DNA of 64,000 bases from Oculina patagonica (taxonomy: Eukaryota), in contig NC_135764.1 of the NCBI RefSeq assembly GCF_052425735.1, forward strand, positions 27,590,001 to 27,654,000, given 5' to 3'. Within the stretch, counting starts at the first letter, position 1. Each line of letters starts with the position of its first letter. Below the pieces are notes generated by a model, which had not been told where the DNA came from, did no database searches, and worked only from the letters and a program-made list of their open reading frames with translations. Shown here one piece after another: positions 35,064 through 46,900 of this stretch. The position numbers were made by a program, and so were the translations under genes.

Positions 35064-36419
35064 TCAAAGTTGGCTGAAAATAATAGCAGGAAACTGGCCA
35101 CCTGTTACATAGGTCCCATTAGGGCTGGAATCCGAAGAAGTGAAGGTGAAATATACTCCTTTGCACTCAACCGCTTTTTTTACTTTTCTTCCAGCTCCAG
35201 AAATAATATAACCTCCATACCACGACCTAGGACCACTGATTAAGGCGTCAATGTTGTACTTCCTACCTTTCTCTAAACAAACTGGATGATCAAACAAGAC
35301 ATCAAAGCTGTAATAGGTGTCAGTCTCTTGTTTTACAGAGGAGAATACTCCAGAGTGTTTGATCATAGAAGAGCCATCTGTGGTGTCTTTTACTTCTGCT
35401 TGAACTGTGTATTCGCCACCTTCAGAACCAAAATGCTGAACTCCATGCAACTTGATAGGCGAGGTGACAGAAAAACAAATACTGTCATTTTTGTTGTCGG
35501 AATAATTCCAGTGAGCATCTGGTGGGTTAAATTTCTCAAATCTGTGACAACGATAAACTGAAGCAGCCGGGTTAATCCTTGCAGCTTGGGTGAATGGTAG
35601 AACAGATGCTAATATGCCACTGTAGTGTTTCATTATATCACCAACCTCTTGCATGGTGAGAATGTAAGAATCGAATACAACAGAAAGAAACTCTGCCTGT
35701 GACATCAGTGGAAACCTCATCGCTTTCACGATCTCCTCTCCTAAAATTTGTCTCTTTACCACGCCATCAGGAGTCATCCCTTGTCTTTCAATTTCTTTTG
35801 TGGCCCAGCGATCAACAGCTTTGAATAGCTCAACTTCCTTTACGTTCAACGCTTCTCTCTTCACAACAGCCTCCACAAGGGATCGTTCAAGCGTGACAAA
35901 TTCATCTGACGTCACAGCTTCTTCTGTCTCCAGCTCAATTACTTCCCAGCATCGATCTTCCAAATCTTTATCTTCCAATTTCTGAGCCTGCGGCAGAATG
36001 CAAAACACGTTAGATGCGTCTAAATTGTCTCGTAGATATTCTGTGCATTTCGCAGCGAGCGAAGGTACCATGTATTTGTTCGCCAAGTACAGCACTTGCA
36101 TCACATTACTTCCACTTAAATTCGCTTCGTCGCTGTACATATAACGAAACAATTCCAACAGACTCTCGTAATCACAGTCAGGCAGTTCAATAGAGTCTGT
36201 AGTCTCCGCCATTTGACCATAGAGCATGGCAAAAAACACAGGACTGCTGATGGCAAGCACAAACTTGTGAGCTGGGATCGCTTTCTTACTTTCACTTTCG
36301 CCAGTCGACACTGGAACAACAAATTTCACATCGCTCAGTAACTCGTTGTTGAAAATAAACGTGGTTCTCTCTGCGATGGTTGGTCGTTTGGTCTGCCAGT
36401 TCTCTTCAGCAACAGCCAT
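35064..36419 (-). CDS. BTB-BACK-PHR protein copy E, 451 aa, intronless CDS
   Basis: Conserved ATG (MAVAEENWQT) at 36419. The PHR domain has an ~8-aa insertion (GGYIISGAGRKVKK). Confidence 0.93.
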   Translation of the reverse strand: MAVAEENWQTKRPTIAERTTFIFNNELLSDVKFVVPVSTGESESKKAIPAHKFVLAISSPVFFAMLYGQMAETTDSIELPDCDYESLLELFRYMYSDEANLSGSNVMQVLYLANKYMVPSLAAKCTEYLRDNLDASNVFCILPQAQKLEDKDLEDRCWEVIELETEEAVTSDEFVTLERSLVEAVVKREALNVKEVELFKAVDRWATKEIERQGMTPDGVVKRQILGEEIVKAMRFPLMSQAEFLSVVFDSYILTMQEVGDIMKHYSGILASVLPFTQAARINPAASVYRCHRFEKFNPPDAHWNYSDNKNDSICFSVTSPIKLHGVQHFGSEGGEYTVQAEVKDTTDGSSMIKHSGVFSSVKQETDTYYSFDVLFDHPVCLEKGRKYNIDALISGPRSWYGGYIISGAGRKVKKAVECKGVYFTFTSSDSSPNGTYVTGGQFPAIIFSQL

Positions 36420-39314
36420 CGTTACTCTTTTCTTTCTTGACAAGTTTTATTCGACACAGCCGAATTTCAATCTTCGAAGCCGTCGATCGTCGAAAACGAA
36501 AGAGGAAACGGCTACCGCTGACTTGAAAGCAGGCTCCTAAAGTGTCACACAACAGCGTGACCAGCTTTCGTTTACCATTTGAAGCTTTGAACAAACAGAG
36601 TTTTTATAGGTAACTCACATGCGCTAGACAGAATAACTGTTAAAAATTATTGTAATTAGGGACTGGTCATTTTTAAGAGGGTGGAGAGGGCTAGGCTGGT
36701 TCAAATAGGCGGAGGGTCAATGATTTTATGCAGGGAAAATGGGGAGGTTTAAGGGGCCGGGTGAGTGGGTTAGACGGGAGAGGGTCACCAAAAATCTGCT
36801 TTATAAAAGGGGAGGTTCAGGAGAATTTCAACAAAGCCTGCCCTCCCCCTCTAAACAATGACCGGTTCCTAAGAAGACACTTTTCGCCAAGGTCGTTGCT
36901 TTTGACTGCGACGCCTGTACAGAGGTAACAAACAAATAAAACGTACGTACAGAATTGAATGCGTACATGATAGGAAAACCTTACTGAAGTGACCTGAACA
37001 CATGGGATACCTTTGTCTTAAAATTCCAGGAACCGAACAAATATGCGCTTTTGTATCAGAGAAAGCATTTTAGTTCTTAGCTCTTTTTCATTTTCAGTCC
37101 TCTATTCAATTTTGAACTTCTAGGGGTCTAACTCAATACAAAGTCGAAGACTTCAAAGTTTATCAGATTAGATTTAAACTTATCAAGTAGGACGGGAGCA
37201 AGATTTCAAACCATTTCCCTCCTATTCACCCACCCACGTTTAGGTGAGTAAATAAGCGCCAGTTAAAATTGTTTCGGCAACCTGGCAAGTATCCCACCCG
37301 GGGTTGTAGCAATCAACATACTCCCGGGAGCGGAGGGGGCACTCCTATATTAAAGGGGCAGTATGCTCGTCCTTTCACTTCGGGGTGTAAGTTACAGATT
37401 TTGATCTTGCTTAGGGTGTTAAGGACACAAAAACCGATATTTTTCCTAGCCTTCAAGGTCTTGTTTAGGGTTTCCCGTTAAAAAAAGAGAATAATAAAAA
37501 AACGCCGTGTTACTGCGTTATTGGTCTAGATAAATCAGATGGTATCTTTCAGGGGTCAAAAACGCTTGAACCACGCCCAGATCTGTCTCCTTTTCCAACG
37601 AGCTTTATTTTTTTCCTATATGGCAGTACCCTAAGGAAAAGTGCCTGCCTTATGTTGGCTGAGTTATATATGTACTCGTAGTCGCACATTTGGGACATGG
37701 TCTATTGGAAAAATGATCCAGTCCAAACTTTGTTGTAAAGAGTCTTTTGTTTCATTATTCCGTTGGCAGGATTAGATCGCATATGCGTGAATGTAACAGA
37801 AAGTTGTTGCTCTGGACCAATTGCCTCCAGGGAGGGAGGGAAGAAGGAGAAAGTCAGCCATTTTTTGTTGAAATCTAAATATCCTCTACTTCTGTCGTAA
37901 AGGCAAACGTCAGTTGCTATGCCAGGTAGGTCCCTTTTTGGCCATCACTAGGAAGTGGTCCCTTCCTTTTATCTGTATCACTAAACGTTTCCAAAAGTGA
38001 AGTATATAAACCAAAACTTACAGGTTAAAACGAGGTTAAGAATCAGGTCGACCTGGTTATTTCATTTAGGTGATGCTGTCACACTAGGTAACGCGATTGT
38101 TCAAAAACTAGCCGAGTTGTCGACAAATGTTGTTTTCCTTTTTTTGCAAAGGGAACCTGTTAAGTTGCCGGTAAGTACTTTTTTAAACAGGTTTTTGTTA
38201 ACTTGCTGCACGCCGTGCTGTCTTTTCATTTGTTTACAACTAAAGGCTGGTTTTCATTGAGCAAAAGCACAAGCATAAGCACACTGATTAGCATAAGCGC
38301 ATAAGAACAGGAGCACCCAATGAGGAAATTCAGTCAAAAGTCCTAGAATGTCGTTGTACTGTTTTCCCGTGTCGTTTCGGGTCTTTTTAAGAGATGTTTG
38401 TGTTAACTAACACAGTTAGGGAACAAAATCTCATTTCCCGTATTTGCAAGCTTTTACCTTTACAAAAATCTTAGCTGGCGTTTTCCCGCACCCAAACGAA
38501 CATTTTTACCTCTCCGAAAACAACAGGTGTTAGATATTTCCCATATTACGAAGGTTCGAGCTGAAATTTCACTAAAGAAAATTTCAGGGGATATCAGGCC
38601 TTCCGAGCAGATATTCACCGAAATGATCCGTTGGGCGCCCCTGTAAGACGAACGAACACGCTCATTCTTTTCAAGATGCTTTCCTCACGTGGCATAAGCA
38701 TAAAACTGTTTGTTCTTCTTTTACTTTCATTATGCTTATCAGTGCCACATGAAGACATCTTTACTGAAGAAGTTTAAATTATTATCATGAGAATGTGTTC
38801 TACCTATTGCTGGACATTTTATTCTTACATCCTCACAAAATTCTACTGATTCTATCAGAAGAGGCCAAGCAAATATCAGCAATCTTTTAATTCCTACCTA
38901 CTGTATCACCAGTGCCATGTATTGTACACAACGCCTGGTGTCGTTTTAAGCAGTTAAAAAGACATAAACATATCATGAAATTGAAGCTAATTGATTTTCT
39001 ACTGTATGAAAGTAATATAATAATTGTCATTCAAGATGCATTGCTTTTAATATTCAGTATAATTATTGCAAGATTTTTGTTTACCAAAGATTTTATTGCA
39101 AGATTTTTGTTCATTCAGTTGTGTATTATTACCCTGGGTACCATACGTTTTTTTACAGTGATATGTGTGTGGCGAAGACGCTAAAGCGCGATCTATGAAA
39201 GGCGAAGTCGCTATTGTGGTAAGCTTCTCCGTTTGTGTCATGCTTTAGTGGAATCGCCACTCCTCACAAACAATAGTCCAGGAAACTTCAGTGGAGACTG
39301 AAGTAAGGCTAAAC

Positions 39315-40658
39315 TCAAACCAAAACTTTACTGAAAACTAAAGCAGGAAACTGACCACCTGTTGCAGAAGTTCCATTACTAGGGGTAGTATACGAAGAAG
39401 TAAAGGTAAATTGTACTCCTTCACACTCAAGAGATGTTTGTCCTTCTTCTCCATACCATGACACAGGACCACTGATAAGCGCCACAAACTCATACTTCTT
39501 ACCTTCCACTAAACAAACTGGATGATCAAACGATACATCAAAGCTATAATAAGTGTCAGTCTTGTGTTTTACAGAAGTGTATGATCCTGATTGTTTTATT
39601 ACAGAAGAGCCATTTGTGGTATCTTTGACTTCTGCTGAAACCGTGTACTCGCCACCTTGAGAACCAAAATGCTGAATTGCGTAAAGCTTGATAGGCTTGT
39701 TGACAGAGAAACAAATACCGTCTTTTTTTGATTTGCAGTAGCTCCAGCAATTAACTGACGGAACGGGCGAATTAGATTTCTTAAATCTGTGACATCGAGG
39801 AACTGAAGCCCGATCAATCCTTGCGGCTTGGATGAATGGTAGAGGAGATGCTAATATGCCATTGTAATGCTTCATTATATCACCAACCTCTTGAACCGTA
39901 AGAACATAAGAATCGTATACAACAGAGAGAAACTCTTTCTCTGACATCAATGGAAACCTTATCGCTCTCACGATCTCTTCTCCCATAATTCGTCTCTTTA
40001 CATCACCACCAGTAGTCAACCCTTGCTTTTCACTTTCTTTTGTGGCCCAGCGATCAACAGCTTTGAACAGATCCACTTCCTTTACGCTCAACGCTTCTCT
40101 CTTCACAACAGCCTCAACAAGGGATCGCTCAAGGGTGACAAATTCATCGGACGTCACAGCTTCTTCTGTCTGCTTCTCAATCACTTCCCAGCATCGATCT
40201 TCTAAATCTTTATCTTCAAATTTCTGAGCGTGCGTCAGAATGCAAAACACGTTGGATGCGTCTAGGTTGTCTCGCAGATATTCTGTGCATTTCGCAGCGA
40301 GCGAAGGTACCATGTATTTGTTTGCCAAGTACAGCACTTGCATCACATTACTTTCGCTTAAATTCGCTTTGTCGCTGTACATATAACGAAACAATACCAA
40401 CACACTCTCGTAATCACAGTCAGGCAGTTCAATAGAGTCTGTAGTCTCCGCCATTTGACCATAAAGCATGGCAAAGAACACAGGACTGCTGATGGCAAGC
40501 ACAAACTTGTGAGCTGGGATCACCTTCTTACTTTCACTTTCGCCAGTCGATGAGACAACAAATTTCACATCGCTCAGTAACTCGTTGTTGAAAATAAACG
40601 TGGTTCTCTCTGCGATGGTTGGTCGTTTGGTCTGCCAGTTCTCTTCAACAACAGCCAT
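39315..40658 (-). CDS. BTB-BACK-PHR protein copy F, 447 aa, intronless CDS
   Basis: Full ORF with the same motifs. Its 3' flank (~38975-39070) is nearly identical to the 3' flank of copy A (~850-945, reverse complement). Confidence 0.94.
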   Translation of the reverse strand: MAVVEENWQTKRPTIAERTTFIFNNELLSDVKFVVSSTGESESKKVIPAHKFVLAISSPVFFAMLYGQMAETTDSIELPDCDYESVLVLFRYMYSDKANLSESNVMQVLYLANKYMVPSLAAKCTEYLRDNLDASNVFCILTHAQKFEDKDLEDRCWEVIEKQTEEAVTSDEFVTLERSLVEAVVKREALSVKEVDLFKAVDRWATKESEKQGLTTGGDVKRRIMGEEIVRAIRFPLMSEKEFLSVVYDSYVLTVQEVGDIMKHYNGILASPLPFIQAARIDRASVPRCHRFKKSNSPVPSVNCWSYCKSKKDGICFSVNKPIKLYAIQHFGSQGGEYTVSAEVKDTTNGSSVIKQSGSYTSVKHKTDTYYSFDVSFDHPVCLVEGKKYEFVALISGPVSWYGEEGQTSLECEGVQFTFTSSYTTPSNGTSATGGQFPALVFSKVLV

Positions 40659-42300
40659 CGCTACTCTTCTCTTTCTTCACAAGTTTTATTCGACACAGCC
40701 GAATTGGAAATGTTTCAATCTGCGAAGCTGTCGAAAACGAAAGAAGAAAATCTACCACTGACTTGACCGCAGGTTCAGAAATAGTCACACAACAGCGTGA
40801 CCAGCTTTCTTTCACCATTGGAAGCGAGCTGAAAGCGCTTTTGAATGAGCAGGGGTTTTGTTCATTGATAACTCATCATGAAGGAAAAAACTGCTTGAAT
40901 CCTGGCATACGCTAAACGGAATAGCTGTCATAAAACTATTGTAATAGGGGACAGGTCGTTATTAAGAGGGTGGGGAGGGCCATGACAATTTCCAAAGTAG
41001 TTTTTCTCCTTTGCACTAGTAATATTAAATACAACTTCCGGAAAAAAAAATAATTTAACCAACATTATCACATACTCACATAACCGCTGTCACTGCGACA
41101 CCTGCACAGAGACAACAAACAAACGTGCGTACAGAACTGAATGCGTACACGATAGAAAAACCTTACTGAAGTGACCTGAACACATGGGATACCTTTGTCT
41201 TAAAATTCCCGGAACCGAACAAATATGCCTTTTTGCATCAGAGATAGCATTTTAGTTCTCAGCTCTTTTACGTTTTTCCAGTCCCCTATTCAATTTAGAA
41301 CTTCACAGGAGTCTAACGCAATACAAAGAAGAAGACTTAAAACTTTATCAAATTAGATTTATACTTATCAAGTAGGAAGGGAGCAAGATTTCAAACCACT
41401 TTCCCTCTATTCACCCACGTTTAGCAAGTAAATAGGCGTCAACTGAAATTGTTTCGGCAACCTGGCAAGTATCCCACCCGGGAGTGTAGCGATAAATATA
41501 CTCCCGGGTGCGGAGGGGGCACTCCCGTATTAAAGGGGCAGTAATGCTCGTCCTTTCGCTTAGGGGTGCAAGTTACGGAGTTTGATCTCACGTGTGGGGG
41601 TGTCCAGGAAAGAAAAAACGATATTTTTCCTAGCCGTCAAGGTCTTGTTTAGGGTTGTCCGTTAAAAAAAAAAACAAGAAACGGTATACTGCGTAGCGTT
41701 TTGTTTTCATCTATGTACTCGTAGTCGCACACTTGAAATATGGCCTACTGGAAATAAGATCCAGTCCAAACTTTGTTGTAAAGAATCTTATTTTTTTATT
41801 TATCCGCTGGTAGGATGAGATTGCACATGCGTGAATGTAACAGAAAGTTGTTGCTCGGGACCAATCGCCTCCAGGGATGGAGGGAAGCTAAGAAGGAGGA
41901 AGTAAGCCATTTTTTTTGTTGGAATCTAACTATCCCCTACTTATGTCGAAAAGGAAAACGTCAGGTTGCATATGCCAGATAGTTCCCTTTTCGGCCCTTA
42001 CTAGGTAGTGGTCCCTTCCATGGATCTATCACTAAACGTTTCCAGAAGTTAAGTATATAAACCAAAACGTGCAAGTTAAGAATCAGGTAGACCTGGTTAT
42101 TTCAGTTAGGTGATCCTATCACACTAGGTAACGCGATTTTCACTTTATTCTGTCACGCAAGTTTAAAGACGACTAAATAAAACCTTCATGAAACAATGGT
42201 TTAGAATAGACTTCAAACATCACTTGATGTTTGTGGGAGGACAGCAATAAGCCAGACGTATACATGGTACTTAAAAAATCTTATTTGTCTGTTATGTTAC

Positions 42301-43013
42301 CAGGGGCGTAGCCAGCCTTTTAAAGAGGTTAGGCCGGGCCAACCACTTTTAAAAGGGTTTTGGGCATGGGTCCACTGGGAAACGTTTGGGGGAGATCAAG
42401 GCACTTCCTCAATTCCAACATTTCAAAACAAGGAATTGGGCTAATGTCTGGTCGTTCGTTAATTGTTGAGACGATGGAAAGGCATCTCAATAAACACAAT
42501 AAAACGCGACAAATGGCTCCGAAAACGAATCCAAAAACGGGAACTTTTTTTTTTATTTAATTTAAAAAAAAAAAAACAAAAAAAGCCCCCCCCCGTTAAT
42601 AAACGCACTTTTCGTTAACAGCTAATACCGTTGCGCGTTTGCCTGTTACCTGGCGAACCCAGAAGGCTCAACAGTTTGCACTTGCTAGATGAGCATTTTT
42701 CTGTTGTACATTTTAAAGTGCGAGTAGGCCGAAAAAATTGTAGGCCCGGGCCCAAGGGTCTATAAGCTACAACCATCGTCAGAAGTGGGCACGATTACCA
42801 AATTAATTCCTTCTCTCCCCCCTCCCCTTCTCAATGTTGAGCTCCCGAATATATTGCACAGACAATCCTTAGCCACAATAGGTCCATGAAAGGGGGAGGG
42901 GGGCAAAATGTTTGTATGCACCATTGAGAAAGTTTAAGCGTCAAGTATCCGCATTTCTTATCTTCTTGCGTAAGCGTCCAACTACTCTGACTAGGGTTGT
43001 AGCTGTGCCTCTG
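42301..43013. mobile_element. CAGGGGCGTAGC-terminal element with 5-bp TSD and a nested element (~42766-43002)
   Basis: GTTAC|CAGGGGCGTAGC ... GCTGTGCCTCTG|GTTAC; inner CTACAACCATCGTCAGA / TCTGACTAGGGTTGTAG. Confidence 0.55.
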
Positions 43014-43980
43014 GTTACAGAATGAATACTTATTTCTTTTACATTAATTTTATACTTCGTATGTGTGTAGTAGCAGGCCCTTCAACTGAAGACACGATTT
43101 AACTACCACACCATTTTACTGTTGTGGGGTGTCAATTACAATATATTCCTAGCTTATATGCCTAAAGTATATAATTTATATGACCTTATTTCCAAAACCT
43201 AATATTACGTTGCTGCTCGCATCGCGTTTGACAATCTGAAGATTTTGTTAAAAATGGAAACCTTACAGCACAACAACGTTCAACAACCATATATCACCTA
43301 ACGAGTTAAGATATAATTTAAGCAAATTTAATTTAAATTAATAGACATTTTTAAGCATGTTAATTTACACTAGCAGTATAAAGTTGTGTATATAATATAA
43401 TTTACTCTATAAAAGATATCCATCCGAAAATATTTTTTCTAACTTCTAGAAAATGGTCTGTTTTTTTTCGACATTAGGTGACTAAACATTTCAGTCTATA
43501 AAACTACCCCGCGACAAAGTGTAAAACGTAAATGAAAGAAGAATTAATGAAAAACGAGTAATCTAGATAAGGGAAAAATTCCAAAAGAGAGATCTTAAAC
43601 GATCCTTGCTACACTTAACCCCATTTACAATAGCCAATGCGTTTAGTTACACGCAAGTTATCCTGGACTCTCTCTTCTCGCGCCTGGGTTCAACCCCTAT
43701 AAAGGGCGCGCGGAAGAGAGAGTTCAGGGACTGGACTAAAAACTAGACTGATGTAAATGGTAGAAAGCGCGGGAAAGTGCATGGCATGCACTTTACTTCT
43801 GATTGGCTGAAACACGGTGCACGCACTTTCTGAACCAATCACATGCAGAGTTAGGGCTTTTCTTTCGGTTTTTGTTTTTTTTTTTTTTAACTTAGAGACG
43901 CACCACCTCAAAGTCGTTGGAGATCACTCTTTTTGATGTAAAATAAAATAAAATATAAACGATTTATATTCCATTTTTTT

Positions 43981-46900
43981 CTACGTTTCAGGGTCGTCAT
44001 CTTCGCCGTCACAGTCTTTTCGTTTTACCTGCACAATGCAGAATAAACGCTTCGACGTAAACCTGGGAATACGAAATAAAATAAAATCAAACAAAACAAA
44101 ACAAAACAAAACAAAACAAAACAAAACGAAACGAAATAAAAGTTAGGACCGGAAACTACCACTTTTAGTACAGATCAAAACTGTTGAACAGTGACATTTT
44201 TGTCCCCCTCTCCCCAGTGGCCTATTGGTTGGCGTGCTGGACTCCGGATCGAGCGGTGCGGGTTTGAGCTCTGGCCGGGGCACTGCGTCGTGTTTTTGGG
44301 CAAGACACTTAGTGCCTCTCGTCAGATTCACCCAGGTGTACCGAATTTACTGCTGGGGGGGACCCTGCGATGGACTGACATTCCTTTCACGGGGGAGTAG
44401 AAATACTCGTAGCCGCTTAACGTTATAGGCTTTTCCTTTAACCTACCCCCACGCTTACAAAAAAGATTCATAAAAACGCCTAACTAGTAAGTGCCATGCC
44501 AGCTGGCTAATATTAATATTCATGTTAGCATCTGGTTGTTTTGTTCCGTCGCTACTAAAATTAGTAAGATTATTTACCTTGAGAATGTGTTATCAAAAAC
44601 AAGCAGGTACACTCCGGGCGATACGTCTTGTATTTCACCCTTGATCGACTGGAGCTGCGAATTGCACTGGGATAACGGTACAACAGTCTGAACGCAACAA
44701 AAGGCAATAACATCATTGTCAAATATAATAAAATTTTAACGCAACAAAAAGCATAATAATAATAATAATCATCATCATCATCTTTAAAAAGAACGAAAAA
44801 TATATCCAAGACAACGACAGTATTGTCTGTAACGCAACGGAATGCAATAATATTTTCATATACAGCGAAAGATATATACCAATACAGCCAGACAATGAAA
44901 ACTAAAAGCAATGAAAGGCAACGCGTTTTCATCAAGGAAACAGCTTCTAGCTGATGTCTATTGTTTGAGCTTTTTAGTCTTGCGGTCTATAAATATTCTC
45001 TTATGTTACAGTTATTTAATCAGCATGGTTTTCACTTTGGTTGAGAAATTTCCTTTGATACTGAAGAAAAGTAGACAGTTTGCGGTTCTGTGGCGACGAA
45101 ATAAATGAACACAATTAAACCGCGAACTGACCGGACAGTTATAAAACTCTCTTACCTCGCACTCGCTGTCTTTTTTTGTCTCCGAAAGCTTGAACGCAAC
45201 TCCGAAACGTATGCTCTGCAACACGAAAAAAGCGATCAGTAGAAAAATCGTTAATTTATAAATAGTTCACCACCCCAACCCCCATCTCCCATTTCTGCAA
45301 GTGTAAACACCTTCCCGGGCACTGCGTATGAAATCAGCGTTCATTACTTCTCAGGTAGATACAACTTCGTTCCTAATACCTGAGCCACTTTTATTGGTTC
45401 ATTGCTGGCCGGTAGGGGAGGGAACCAAACTGATGTAAACATGGGGTTTATTGTAAAATTGTTTTTGGGGGTTAACCCAGCCCTTATTAATTAAAAAGTA
45501 GTATAGTTACCCGAAAGAAAGATGTTACTGAAGTAAATAAACGCAGCAAAAGTAGGAATGATCGAAAAAACAGAGAGAAAAAAAGAGAGAGAGCTGAAAA
45601 TACGACCCCAACTCCCCTTTCCCCTCCCCAAGTCTGTCCTTTCTCTTACCATCAGCAAGCTTGTTACCTCACTCACTTCGCCAGCATTTTGAGTTTCGAA
45701 ATGAAAAACAGGGAACTAAAGAACAGCTAATCTCGTCGATCTACTCACCTTCTTCTCAAGACAGTGACGCCCTGGGAGTCCCCACCAAAACCTGAATCAA
45801 GTGACGTTTTCCGGGGGGTACGTTCACGCTTCGCCAGCACTTAGAGTTTCGAAAGAAAAAACAAGGAACTAAGGAATAGCTAATCTCGTCGAACTAATCA
45901 CCTTCTTTTCAGTTGTAAACTTCCAAGACAGTGACGCCCTGGGAGTTCCAATCAGCACCTGAATCAAGTGACGCTTTCCCGGGGGTACGGTCACGTGCCA
46001 AAACTGGCCCGGTTCCTCGTTCACCATGGGTATGGCCAAATCCTCCCTGCTGTCAGTTTCACTGACCACAACTTTAGCTTCTGGTTGTTCGCACGCATCG
46101 TCGTCGCCTTCGTCTACAATTTCATATCCTTCGTCATCATCGTCTTCTGACGAGTCGGGAGCCGCTGGTTTTTCTATTGGCTTCTTTGCTGCTTCCTTTG
46201 ACTCAGTCTTTTTCGCAGATTTCAGCGTGGTGTATTTGTGACTGTCCTCACTGGCAACGCTCTGGCTTCGTTGCTTGTCATTGCTTTTCTTTCTGTCTGG
46301 CTTTTTAGGGGTGGAGGTGGATTGGGGCGGGTCCAGGAAATCGGCGTTTGAGGTACTGGGACCTGGGTGAATTGTCACGAACAAAACAATAAGAATCACG
46401 CAAAGTCATAAAAATAAACTGCAGTGCACTGTAGGTTGTGTTTAGTGCACTGTGCTACTTCAATTTTAACGAACTTGATTTACCGTTGTTTTGCTTAATC
46501 ACGCCGATAACTTTAGTACAATATATTAATCCTTATCTAAGAGAAAAACAACTTTAAGTAGCACCGACCACTCTGTCAGCTGCGTCAGGTTTGTAAGCTT
46601 TGTACTCAAAATGCTACACTTAAAATTGCGATTTAAAGATGCAAGGACAGTGTTTGAAGCAAGAACGTCGTTCTTCCACCAAACTAAGTTCGCAGATCAA
46701 ATATTAAAACTGAAGAAATGTATAATCAGGAAAAGGAAGTTTCATTTCCATGATGAAGCGTAGGACTAAAAGCGTTCCGTTACATACCAGGTTGAGGGTC
46801 AGCGGGACCATCACCAGCGTCCAGGCCTCCTATGTCACTTTCATCCCGGACGCTCAGCACGCTTCCGGTGCGCTCACTGACATCTGATTTAGCATCGTCT

